NCBI GenBank assembly: GCA_964016885.1
Contig: OZ024742.1
Location: 157,046,001 to 157,110,000 of the forward strand
DNA from: Eledone cirrhosa
Taxonomy: Eukaryota
DNA length: 64,000 nucleotides
Reading direction: 5' to 3'
Positions within the stretch are counted from its first letter, which is position 1. Each line of letters begins with the position of its first letter. Position numbers and translations under genes: made by a program. The notes under the pieces are model-generated. The model had not been told where the DNA came from, did not search any database, and was given only the letters and a program-made list of their open reading frames with translations. Below, one piece after another: positions 15,199-27,815 of the stretch.

Positions 15199-17594
15199 TT
15201 TAAATTTAATATGTATTTCATTGACTCCTGATAAAAAAGTATGAGAGATATTGTGTTGTAATTGTTATTTTCCAAAAATTTATTTTTACAGGTATTTTAG
15301 CTACGCTACGATAGGTAAAAATAGATATTCTCATCCGCGGTCTTTTAGAAAGTGCCGAGATAGTCACTCAATAGTCCAACAGTAATTGCACTGGGATTTT
15401 ATTCCTGATGCAATATTCGTGTATTCAAATATTATTTCCTTAAAACAACTCAACATTTAAGTAGAGGTTTGTCTTGGCTATTTTCAAGTAAATAATAATT
15501 GTTTCAGGCCCTGTTTATTGATGAGATATGTTACCTCTAATAAGATATATGGTATCCGTATTTACACGATTTCGATTCCTAAAACGAAAAGAAGTTCATG
15601 CAAACGCAAATTATGTAGTATATTTGGAGTAAAAAAAATCAATAATTTATTTTTGTGAATTCATAATCATTACAATTTCTGTTTGTAAAGGTAGCATCAG
15701 ATTCACGAGATAGAATTGTGTATATATACATCTTTAAAATTAGCCTTCACTGTTGCAAAGGTGCAGTTAACCTTCTTAAATGTACAGAATTGATTGATTC
15801 ATATATTTGACGCTTAACTATTCGTAGCGTTCATATTGTATATTCGATATTTTAAATGGACATGTATTGAATACCTTCTCCTCCAAATGAAATTTACATT
15901 TACTCATTAAAATTCACTCTTTGTGATTGCTGGTCTAAATATAGCATTTTGAGACATTTAAAACGACACGTTTCCTACGGTAATAGAAAAACATTCTCAT
16001 CAAAAATACATTTCCACCACAATCAAAGTGATAGCGGTAAGACCAATCCAGAAATAAAGAGACATTGATGATAACATTTTAAATGTAAAAACAAATATAA
16101 ATAAGCATTGCAATAATATTATAAAGTTTAAATTAAAAATCCTATTTTAATGCTTAAGTAAAACGAAAGAAAACAACAACATTGTCAGTACGGAATAATT
16201 ACCAACAATTTTCCTGACAGCTGGAAGGTTCAGTAATTGAAAACTCATTATTTCAGTGTTAATCATGTGTACAATGTTTATTAAAATTGAAGAAACTAAT
16301 TAAAGTTCCTTCTGTCCCCAATCCTTTCTGTTCTGCACGTAATTTACAACTAAATACAGGATTAATATCACATTAAACATTGTATATCCTTTAAGATTGA
16401 TATGTGTTAATTTATGTTTACTCAGAAAAAAATTTTGATTGAATACTTATAATTAGCTTTGAGTTTGGAAAAGGAAAGATTCGCCATTGGTCATAGGCCC
16501 ATGGAGTTATATCACTTAAGATTTCTTAAGAACTATTTCTGAGGAGGAACTAGTAGTATTAGAACACCCATTTATAGTATAAAATTAAATTTACATTTAG
16601 CATATTAAACGTTGTACTCATACAAAATTAAATTGACTGACCATTTACATTCATATTATAAACTACAATGTAATCTTTCCTAGAGATATTTAGTGTTGGA
16701 ACATGTTGAAGAAGTGATGTTAGGGTTTCGTTGTGGGGCTTTAGTAAAAATGAAGGAATGTCTTTGATTTGAACTGATATGATCTGATCTAATGCACGAT
16801 CCGTTACTCAGTGGCTTGGCATAATAAAGCGATAGAAGGACTATAAAAGATTGGTTTCTTATGTGATCTTCTGTAGGAGTATTATCTTCTTTCTCAGGAT
16901 AAATGAATGTTATGAAAAACAAAGTGACTGCTCCTGAGTGGAAAAGTGTTTCCTATTTTTGATGGACTTAAATATAAATAAATATGTATATTGGTCAGTG
17001 AGTAATACATCGTATCTCTAGAAAATATGTTTTCCTATGTGTAAGTGTTAAATAATATATGATGCTCTCATTTCGAAAGCAGGGCATCCCATTTGTGAAA
17101 CTATACCAGCTAACACTGAAGCAGATGCGAGAACATCCACAACAAAAGGACAGAAAGGATTTAAGGGGAGCTTTAGAAAACAATCAATTATTTTTCTGAG
17201 CTTTCCAATATCCACAAATGTTTGCGTGGATAATTGAAAAGAAAAGGAACGAAGCAAAATTAGTAGTATGTCAGAATAGCTTGAAATATATCCCAATCAC
17301 GAGTGAATAATCCCACAATCTTAAAAGAGGTTTACTGGTTTCAATGCGTATTAATGATAAGAAACGTTTCCAATCTTTGCGAGTCGGTATAACGCGGGAT
17401 ACAATACACTTTGTTTTTTATATACACACACAGTCTTTTCAATTTAGTCCAGCACTATTAACACTAATCGCTATCGTTGTTTGGAATATTCTAAAGCATC
17501 AATACCACATAAAAATAGAGTCTACATGAAATATTATTGGTTGTAAAACATGGCATCACAATTTCATGAATAATAGCTTAACGGCAATATAATT

Positions 17595-18635
17595 AGTGGA
17601 GGAAAAGCTGTAGATATCTTAGCCTCAGCGAAATGTCTGCCCATCATCACATTGGAATGCTCTTCCTCCCCGCAGCCGGTGAGAAAACGGATTTCTTCAC
17701 AGGTGGAAAGCGTCCCTCCCACAAAGAGAAAAAGAGCAGTCCTCCAGAACCGTTAAAAAAAGGGACGACAGCAAGGCACAACGGTCACGCATTTGTAGAA
17801 GTGGGATACAATGTACCCGTTCACCGTGTATGATCGAACATTCAGGGATAGCTTCATCTCAGTTGATTTTTGTATGAGATTAACCATTATACTAGGTAAC
17901 TCGTTCCACTTCATGTCCATGCCGTACGCAGGACCAAACCTGAACACGGATAACTTAAGCGGCCCCACAGTCGAGTGCTTAACGACCATGTTAGATACCA
18001 TTTTCCTTCTTCCCCAAGTGAAAATCACCAGGAGCGCAGCTAATCCTGGTTAATCTTTGACCGGTGACTGCAACGTACGCCATCGAAATGATATCGATCA
18101 CATCGATGTGTTTCGAGCTCCACACATTGTAGTGATGTCCTCAGTATACGCCGACATGGATACCCACATTCAGGTATGCGCATATAATCTCTCAACGTCT
18201 ACAATTATAGCAGTAGCGATTCTAGAGTCAGAGTATGAAATGGGTTTGGTGAGTTGATTATTGAAGTGATCAGTTCGATGAAGATAAATCCGAAACCGGC
18301 TGCCATGCAGAAAATGGCCAGGTGCCGATGTCCGAGCCTATCGAAAGTTTTCGATAGATTCGCGTGGACCATGTATCTAGTAATGTGGTTTTCGGGAATG
18401 TTTCTAACCACAATGGCTTATGTTTGCGTCTGCCGTACCAGAGCATAGACAGTAAGCCCCACCTCGTCACTAACACCTTGGACAAAATGCTCTAGAATGT
18501 CATAGTCTAGCATTTAAGCGTAGAGCTCTCATGGCAGGCAATATTAAGCAAGTGATTTGCCCCTCGTGCAGTTTGCCATAGCCTCATGTATTTCAGCGTA
18601 TGTCAGCATTGTTTCGCATCACTCAGATTCACTCG
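17595..18635 (-). mobile_element. Old degenerate RT fragment of the same Tx1/L1-type family as 22230-31190
   Basis: NLSKTFDRLGHRHLAIFCMAAGFG aligns with QSKAFDRVDHRYLAAVLKAAGLG. STVGPLKLSVFRFGP...KWNELPSIMVNLIQKSTEMKLSL aligns with WTDGPVKLLGVWFGP...NWDEVTSRVASLTQKWAERKLSR. Confidence 0.88.
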
Positions 18636-18849
18636 TTGATTTTGTTATATAGGTTTTTTTCATCCATATGAAATCTATGGCTTTTTTTCAGTTGGCAATT
18701 GTATTACCCTAACGTGTAAGGAATATTTGAGCTATTCAAAAAAAATATAGAGTTGAATGTGAGACACCTTTTAAAATGACACAGTTGTGCTAATATTTTT
18801 TTATATTAGTACTCCATTGAACTATCATTGTAGATTTGTTTTCTACAAT

Positions 18850-20450
18850 GATATATTCTGTTTCAGAAATTTTGCAAATACTGGAGAACTGTCCAGCATT
18901 TTCCGACCTCATATATGTGATATAATTTGAAAACATGTTGTAATCAATCCACGCGAAACGTAGATTTCCTTGCTTGTCATCACAATCCTAAAAGATCATG
19001 CGTTTAAGATTTCATATTTATATCCATATAAACCTCATTGGCAATCGTTTTGTTTAATATGCAAAAAATCGTTCTCTTCCATACATGCAAGATGTTTTAT
19101 ACTTTAAAGGAGATGAAAAAAAAGACTATGGACCGATAGAATATTCATCTTTGTTTCATTATTAATTTGTTGTAAGAAATACTGCTTGTTTCCAGATTTT
19201 TGACACTCTAACTTTACCATGTGATTTTAACTTATGATCCTTTCTGAATGTCGCACTTATGCATGCTTTTGAGATGTAATCTCATACTTCTTCTTGCGAA
19301 TATGTGGAGGAATCATCTGTGTCTAATCTAACCTATATTTTCATTATTGTCTTCGCACCTCTCCAAATCATACACCACACGTTTTCAATTTCTTCCACGA
19401 AATGTTCATTTTACTATTTCTCTCTAAAATGATTTGTCATTTTATGTGAACAATTTATTTTGCGTACAAATATAGTTTCTCTTCTCAAATCATTGTATTC
19501 TTTCAGCTTTTACTTGAACGTTTTGTTTCGCTGTTTCCTTTGTTGATATCCACTTTTCGCTTGATGAATCTCCATACATTCTCTTCAACTTTCATTATTT
19601 GAGCTTATATTATTTCCAGAGATCAATTAATTCAATATATATATTTCTCCTCTCAATAATTCAATCCGTTTTCAAATTTATTTCTCCATTTTGACTTTCT
19701 TCTTAAGTTTGAGTTTGTATGTATTTTCAGAGGTATACATCTTGTTTCATTTACCCTAACAGAATCTGATTCTTCTATGATATCTGTTGTTGCATAGTTA
19801 CCAAATGTTATGTTTTATTATGGTTGGTATTTAAGGGTATTTGAAATGGCCCACTAAAATTCATACTAGTACGTCTAACTTATGTTAGCTCATTCAGAAT
19901 TTCCTGCTTCAATCTGTTTCTCCTTCTCCTTCAGCAAGTATCTGGTCTTCAGATTCTGTTTCGTTCCCACTATCCTGGGTATTTTCATCAGATTCATTAG
20001 AAACATTTCATTAAATCTCCTGCCTGGCTCTTCATCAGATTCATAATTTCCTTCCTATTTTATAATTAGGTCATTGCCTGCTCGCAATTGATTCCATATC
20101 TGCAAGTATGTTATTTGTGAAAATACCCCTACTACCATTTCCTAACCTGTTTCTGTCCAAATAATGTCTGCTATATTGACTTAGTTTTCTCCATACTTTT
20201 AAGAACTTGCTGTGTATCTCTTTTGGGATGTTTTCTTTATGTATAGTAATAACAGTATATTACTTCTTTAATCTCTTCCGGTGTCCATTTATCCTTTCAG
20301 GTTTTTTTGTTTTTGTGATATTTGTGATTATAAACTTGGAGGGCTCGAGTTGGAGCAGTCTCCGTTCAACTGACCACCCAGTTCTGTATTCAGAGGATTA
20401 TTTAAGGACCTCAAGCTTGCTCCTACCCTAGTGAATCGCTTCCAAATTAA
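18850..20450 (-). mobile_element. Highly decayed non-LTR retrotransposon, probably R4/Dong-like RT
   Basis: Minus strand near 18930-18975 reads GNLRFAWIDYNMFS, similar to the R4/Dong-type LxMAWIDYKKAYDS motif. Upstream remnants resemble YRPI and FWxxIW. Many stops. Confidence 0.45.
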
Positions 20451-22093
20451 CCATATATTGTTTTAATTGTTCTTTTTTCTCCATAAAGCATATTTATGGT
20501 TTCATATGTTCAACTAAAATTGCCCAGCTTACCAGCTAAAGCAATTATTTCATATGGAGCGCAAGGCCCGATATGAGAATAAAGATACCTTTATTATTAC
20601 ATGTACCTGTAAATTAGATGATGCGGACTGAGAGAAGGCACTTGCACAAGCAGGCTTTTTGTGGGTTTTACCCACGAGTGAAACCCGGAAACTTCTCAAT
20701 ATTGAGGAATGTATTGTTTTTTAATGTTTATTTTTTTAGACTTTCTTGTAAAATATTTTTACAAAAAAAAAAAAAAATTGTGCCATCTTTGTAGCATATA
20801 TTGATATATTGTCCCATTGTGGATAATAAAAAAATCATTACGGAGTCGATAATTTAAAATATCAGTCACGCCCCGTGGTCGATGTTATCGACTTTCCCCT
20901 CCTCTTCAAATTGCGGGCCTTGTGCCTAAATTAGAAAAAAATTGTTTATGAGTAATATTATATTCATAATCATCATCATCATCATCTTCATCATCATTGC
21001 CTCTAACTACTGGATAATTCTTACATACGTAAAAAAGTAAAACATTTTGTTTCATATTTGTTTATGTTTAGGATTTATATCCTAAACATAAACAAATATG
21101 AGACCTATGTCATATATCTCTACAGTCTGTTTTATGCGTGTATGAGTGTGTGTATGCGCGTGTGTTTCACTGTAACGTAAAGTGTGTGTGTATATATATA
21201 TATCTGCTTCACTTTTTCTTTTATTCCCAAGCTACTTTTATCAAGATGCTGTATCTGTTTTGCAATCTCTAAAATCTGAACATAACTATTTCAAGATGTT
21301 TATATATGAAGTATATTTCCGACAGATATTGTCATTTGGGGGAATCTATATATCGATTACGTGACAGTTATTTCGTGTGGTGGCAATTTAGAATAACGTA
21401 TGGGAATGTTTGAATATTTATGTTAGTTGCAATCGCCACATATACCAAAGTATGGTGCTTATATATATTTTTCAATAGTATACCTTACTTTGAATTGTGA
21501 TAGTTCTGGGAGTTGTTTGTGGGGGCACTTTTGTCTTTATTCTTCATACAAATTTATTCTATCGTCAATTCTGAGAACTGAGATTTCTATTGTTATTATT
21601 TTGTTTTTTCACTGTTATTTTACCATAAACTATTTCGGAATGAAATCCATTGTTTTAAAATATATACTATTTCTTGACTATGATTGATTCTTTGATTGTG
21701 TCATATCTAGTGATGTAATAGTCATAAAGAAGAGGACTAAAATTGCTAACATCGAAACTTTCCTGTTTCAATGGACATATATCCAGAAATTCTTTCAATA
21801 TTTACAATGTCTAAAAACTTACGCTGAATCAGTTGATTTTAAGCTAATATTCATTCAAAATATGAAATATTATTTATCAATGCACCTCGAAAATCTCTCT
21901 GACTTATGTTCAAAGATGTTTATGTTACTACCTCTTAAGAGGAATATCAATCCGTTATTTTGTTTCTATCTATTGTAGTTTTTAATATTATTGTCCTACT
22001 TGTTTATATGTAAGCTTCATATGCTCTATGTAAATAACAACTCTTATTATCTCGTCATGTATTTATTATCCTATAGAGAAATACTGAATGAGT

Positions 22094-22191
22094 CCTCCTC
22101 CTTCTTCTTCTTCTTCTCCTTCTTCTTCTTCTTCTTCTCCTGCTCCTCCTCCTCCCCATTCTTCTCCTTCGTTTTCTTCTTCTTCTTCTTC

Positions 22192-22226
<35 letters not shown>
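22094..22226. repeat. Compound (TTC/TCC)n(TTA)n microsatellite
   Basis: Direct reading. Confidence 0.97.
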
Positions 22227-22384
22227 GAATGCCATGGTTGACGGAGGCTCGGCTCTGTAAGTTATTGTAAATTTTGACCGCTATAACAATTGTAAATTGT
22301 TTTAAACTTTAACCAAATTGTAGACAAAAACACCCTCCTCCCGTTATTTGGCCCTTCAGGGTTAAATAACCGCCTATTAGGGTT

Positions 22385-24484
22385 TTGTGCCCAATATTTA
22401 TTTTAAACAAAAAAAACATGGCTACGAAAAATAATTTTCATAGGTCACTCCCACTCATTCCGTCTTCTTCCTCAATCGTCACTACAGCAGAGAGAAGATT
22501 GTCTTTCTTCCTACTTTCTCTAAATGTGTCTCTCTCCCTCCCTTCTCTTTCGCAAGCGACGCCAGTAAAGAAAAACATGGAACATTTCTCCACGACAACG
22601 ACAACGACGAAAAAGGTGTGCGGTAAATACGAAAACCCTTTTCATTCGTCTGACGTCATGAATAATAGCAGTAGCAGCCGTAATACCAGCAGCAGCAGCA
22701 ACGGTGACAGGGACAACAACAGAAGAGGCCGCAACAGGATCAGCAGCAACATAAACAACAATAGCATTAGCAGCAACAGCAACAACAACAGCAGCAGCAG
22801 CAACAACAACAACAGCAACCACAGCAACAGCGGCGGCGGCAGTAGTCGTAGTACCTGCAGCAACAACAAAAGTAACAGCAGCTCTGACGACAACAACAAC
22901 AGCAGCAAAGAGAAACCAATCTCGTTTGCAGGTATCGCAAAGAACGTGGAAACCATCCTCATAACAAATGAGGAATTACAGGAAGCGAAGAAGATGGTGA
23001 CGAAAACCGGACACCGAGCAATCTGCAAGGCAGCCAAAACTTTTGTCGAAACACAACAGCACTGTACGGTCAGGTACCGTACTGTAAGCACAAAATCCCG
23101 TAGGGATGAAAGAGCCACAGAGCCTCAAATACAAAAAGCGTTAGGGTCTGTGTGGCAGCGGAAAACGCATATCACCCGAGGCAAGAAATATGCCACGGTA
23201 GACGTGCTTTTTTCCACACCCCAGGAGGCAAAGGCTCAATCCTTAGTGACCCTAAGGAGCGAGGAAATGATGTTGCTGCCCTCCTACTTCGGGCAAAACA
23301 TTGCGAGGGTCAAACTGACCCCCCCCCGGGATGGCCCCTTCCTGACTGGCCGCGTCTCTCCTTGTCGGAATCGAGGACAAAACAACTGTACTGCAAGTAC
23401 AGAAAAAAGTAAGAGAAAATTGGGTCGGCACCTCAATTGAGATGTTAATCCAAACCAACAAGGAGTGCATCGAAGCTATCCAGGATGTGATAGACTTCGA
23501 TAACGGCACTCAACTGCCCATAAGTGTTGAGGGCAAACGCCCGAAATGCTTTCGCTATGGATCGAAGACTCACCTCAGGACCTTCTGCAACGAAAAGACC
23601 CTGAGAAAGGAGAACCCCCCCTCCTTCCGAAACCGGCTCCACGGCTACCAGCAACAGGACAAGCGGCAACCAGGAACGATAGGTCCGTGGCACCCATACC
23701 CACGCCACGGAAATCAAGAACAGCAGCAGCAGTGGAAGTATTAACAACAACAAGAGCAATACCAAATACAGCTGCAACAGAGACTCCACTGCAAACATCA
23801 CCAACAACAACAAGTGAAAAAGTGGAGCTGGTACCCCTCCACGACCTCACAGAATCAGACATGGATTGTGAGGTGGGAGAGGTATAGCAAAAGTCGCAAG
23901 AAGGCACAAACGCAGAAGCAGCGAATCGTCGCCTTCGAAAAGGGAGGAAAGAAATGAAAAAAAGGGTAAAGGCTACTGCAAAGAGACTCACAGCAGCAAC
24001 ACCAGCAACACCATCACCACCCACACTAGCACCACCATCACCACCGACGACAACCCCACCGCCAACAACAACAACACCTTCAACACCACCACCACAAGCA
24101 CCAACATCGCAAACACAACAACAAAACACACACACCAAGCAACAACGACAAGAAAATAGCAGAACCACACCCCACCCCCAGAAAAACAAATGCACGGCAA
24201 TAAATACACACAACAAGAAACTAATGACTTACATAATTGAACACACAGACATTTCACAGCACGACTACATAATACCAGCACCAATCAAAACGCCAACGAA
24301 CATAATACTGGTAAAAATAACACAGAAACAATACACAAAAATTAAAACGAAATTCCCCAACGCAGTTGGTGATTTCAGAGACCTAGGAGGGACTCTCAAC
24401 CGGAGAGTATATTCGGACATACTCATAGAAGAGCCGACTACCAGCCAAAGGGACGATTCAACGGTCCCTTCACCAGACGATTAA
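22385..24484 (+). pseudogene. LINE ORF1 (gag-like nucleic-acid-binding protein), frameshifted
   Basis: Degenerate CCHC knuckle VEGKRPKCFRYGSKTHLRTFC; Ser/Asn and Thr/Pro low-complexity tracts; frameshift at the C run near 23320; lies upstream of ORF2. Confidence 0.75.
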
Positions 24485-24566
24485 GTGAAAAGGGATGGAG
24501 AAACCATCCTTCCTCTACGAAAAGTACGGTATGTGGTATTTCCCATCTTTTCCACTCCATTTCAAC

Positions 24567-27500
24567 ATGACCTCACTCAGAATAGGCAGCATAAATGCCC
24601 ATGGCTTGGAGTCGTCATGGAAGCAGGGCCACCTGCTCAACGGCCTCAAGTCACTAAACATAGATGTAGTGGCCATCAGCGAGACTAGAATCTCCGAAGC
24701 ACGGGCCTTCGCACCGATCTTCGGCGGCTACGATGTGTACGAATCTCCCAGCCGTCCTGGGTCGGGGGGGGGGGGGTTGAGTTGCTGTGGTTTTTCGGAG
24801 AGGTTTGGATCTCGCCATACGGACTATCTTCCTGGACCCAGAGGGTAAGTTGGTGGTGCTGTACGTGACCAGCGGAAACGGGCAGGCTTTCAGGCTAGTG
24901 GCCGTCTATGTCCCGACAGGAGCAGGGCAGTCGTATTTCTTCCGGCGTCTGGAGACCTTTCTAGATCTCTTTAGTGATAGTGGGCGACTTGAACGGGATC
25001 TTAGATGCACGCTGAGACTGTGTGGGATTAGCGGATAGGGGAGGAGGGTGCAAGAGCCTCACCAACATGCTCAGGCGTTTTGAACTGTCTGACAGGTACC
25101 GATTGGATTTCCCGAATGTGCCAAATCGCATAGGGTCATCCAGATCATATCTAGATAGAGTATTGTGTAGGGAAATAGATAGGTCTAGCATAAGCTGTCC
25201 ACAAATCAAGATAGTCAGCTACACGGACCACAAATTCGTGATCTGTGTGCTTGACTTAGATAGGCTTCATAGACGAGGACCCGGCTACTGGAAGCTAAAC
25301 GCATCCTTACCAGCGCGCAAGGCCTACAGAGACCGGATTGAGGAACTAGTTAAGCGGGCGTTGACGGGGGCCATCGTCAACAACAAGTGATGGTTTGCTC
25401 TGAAAAGAGCGATTAGAATAGAGTCCATTAGGTTTAGTAAGGCTTTAGAAATAGAGAAAATAGAGCAGAGGGAGAACTAGTTAGAAAATTAGAAGAGGCG
25501 CTTAGCAAATGCATCGAGACCGACGTACTTGCGGCGAAATTGCCCCTTGACCAATTCTTCAATGCAAAGCACGAAGGCTGCGTTGTCAGAACTAGGATTC
25601 GTGCTCTTAGACACGAGGGGACGAAAGCCGTTCAATAGGCCCGAGTGACGGAGGCATGTCGTGGCAACAAAACCACGATCCGGTCTTTGGTGGACCACAA
25701 CGGGCGCATGCACTCGATCCCGGGCAAATGTGTGAAGCTTTTCAGCGTCAATTAGCTCAGCTGTTCGGGAGCAGCGGTGGGCCGGGACGAGGGATGGACT
25801 TTAGTGTATACCTCGACGGACTGCCGCGGCTCTCGGCCACTGAGGCGGAGTTTGCGAAAAGCCGATAACAGCCGCTGAAGTACGGGAGGCAATGACTGGC
25901 TGCACAAGGGGTAAATCGCCTGGTTTAGATGGTCTGCCCTATGAACATTACGTACAGATGCCAGACTTGTTCGGAGGCCTCTTACAGACGTCTACTGCAA
26001 CTGGCAAAAGAACGGAAGAATTCCCAGCTCTGTGAGCCGAGGAGCAGGGGCACTGCTGAGAAAGGATCCGAACAAGGGGGATAACATAGATAATTTCATG
26101 CCCATAACTCTGCTAAACACAGAGTTCAATATTTTGGCCAAGGTGCTAGCAAAGAGGCTGGCGCTTGTCGTTGTTGCTCTGGCGAGAGAGGCGCAGACAT
26201 GCGCCATTCCCGACAGATCCATCCACGACAACCTCCACCTAATGCGATACATCGTAGAAAGGGTAGCTAGGGAACCTGGCACGAGTGGGTCCTTGATCAA
26301 TTTAGATCATTAGAAAGCTTTCGATAGGGTCGACCATCGTTACCTAGCGGCAGTCCTGAGGGCGGCTGGCTTTGGGCCCGTCTTCAGAGACTGGATCGCT
26401 GCCATGCAGAGCGACATCTGCTCTGTGGTGAGAGTGAACGCTCACCTTTCGGAACCGTTCAACATCATGCGCTCGGTCCGGCAAGGATGTGCCTCTTGTA
26501 CGTATTGACTCTCGAGCCATTACTGCACAAACTGGAGACGTTGAGGGGGGTCCCGCGCGAACTAGGATGTGGAAGGTCCATGCCAGCATATGCGGACGAT
26601 GTCAACGTAGAGGTGTCGAACGCCAAACACATCGAGGCGATCGGCACTACACTAAGTGAATACGAAGCGGTGACAGGAGCAATGATCAACCAGGAAAAGT
26701 CAGTGGGCCTGCAGCTCGGCACCTGGAGAGCCAGGTCCATGCCGTCCAACAGCGTCGTCGGGCGTTGGATGGACGGACCGGTTTGATGCTATGGGTCTGG
26801 TTCGGTTTGTACCTCCAGACAGACAAAAACTGGGACGAGGTGACGAGCAGGGTGGCTTCTCTCACCCAGAAATGGGCGGAGGAGAAGCTATCCCATAAAA
26901 GTCGAGCGGAGGCGGCTAACGCGTACATCGCGTCTGTCATCTGTAATCGCCTGACCGTCGTACCTTCTCCTAATCCCCCCCCCCCCCCCATGACTGCGCT
27001 GGAGCGTTTGCTCTTTCGCTTTTTGTGGAATTGACGCGCTCCGATGGTCAGGCGGTCCATCTGTTGTCAAAACCCGCTACGTGGAGGGCTAGGCATGCCG
27101 TGGCTGATGATGCGCAGACACGCGCTCAGGCTACGACATCTCCACCTCTTCCTCGACGGTGATCAGGTGTGGTCGCCGTTTGCTAGACACGTATTTCCCC
27201 AGCTGGTTTCCTTGACGGGGCTGCAGTCCTGGGTCAAGCGAAGACCGAGAGGGAGCGCCTGGAGACTGGAATGATCTCAGGCGCTCACAGCCCTCGACCA
27301 ATCGGGCAATGTGATGGGTGGAAATTCCACCTCGGCGTTCTATAGAGGATTAGTGGAGGGGAAGAGCGACGACGTACTTGGGGAAACTCTAGGCGTCGGC
27401 GAAAATGAACTAGCCAATCTCTTCGGAAGAAATTTCGTGCCGGGGCCTATGGACAACTTCCAGAAATCTCTGGCCTGGCAGTGCTACCGAGGAGCCTTGC

Positions 27501-27815
27501 CAGTTCGAGATAACTCTACAGGCATGGAAGTGATGTCAGTCGGGCATGTCCGAGATGCGCGCAGGGCGACGAAACCGTCCTGCACTCACTCGTCCAGTGT
27601 CCGAAAATTGCTGTTATGTGGATTTATGTCGAACACCTGCTGTCGCGTGTAGGACGGATCCGGCTATCATCTGAGTCCATCGTGAGGATTGCCCCGCCCT
27701 GTTCCTTTAGACGGGAAGGCCAGGCAGTTTTATCTGTCTGGTGGCCATGGCGAAGGAGATATTATGGTGGACACGTTTGAAAAGGCTGAAGACGAGCACT
27801 TACCTCTTGCTGGGC
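24567..27815 (+). pseudogene. LINE ORF2 copy A (APE endonuclease + RT + C-terminal Zn finger), disrupted and lacking its last ~150 nt
   Basis: SINAHGL, ISETR, YTDHKFV, GPGYWKLN, KSPGLDGLP, PITLLNTEFNILAKVLA, KAFDRVDH, VRQGC, AYADD, CPRCAQGDETVLHSLVQC. Confidence 0.92.

Noticed and set aside
16680-17330. Moderately complex sequence with 60-80 aa ORFs, possible host exons
   Set aside because: No recognisable homology or consistent splice sites and reading frame.
22520-24284. Minus-strand poly-Leu/Val ORFs resembling membrane proteins
   Set aside because: Antisense reading of the AAC/AGC/ACC repeats in LINE ORF1.
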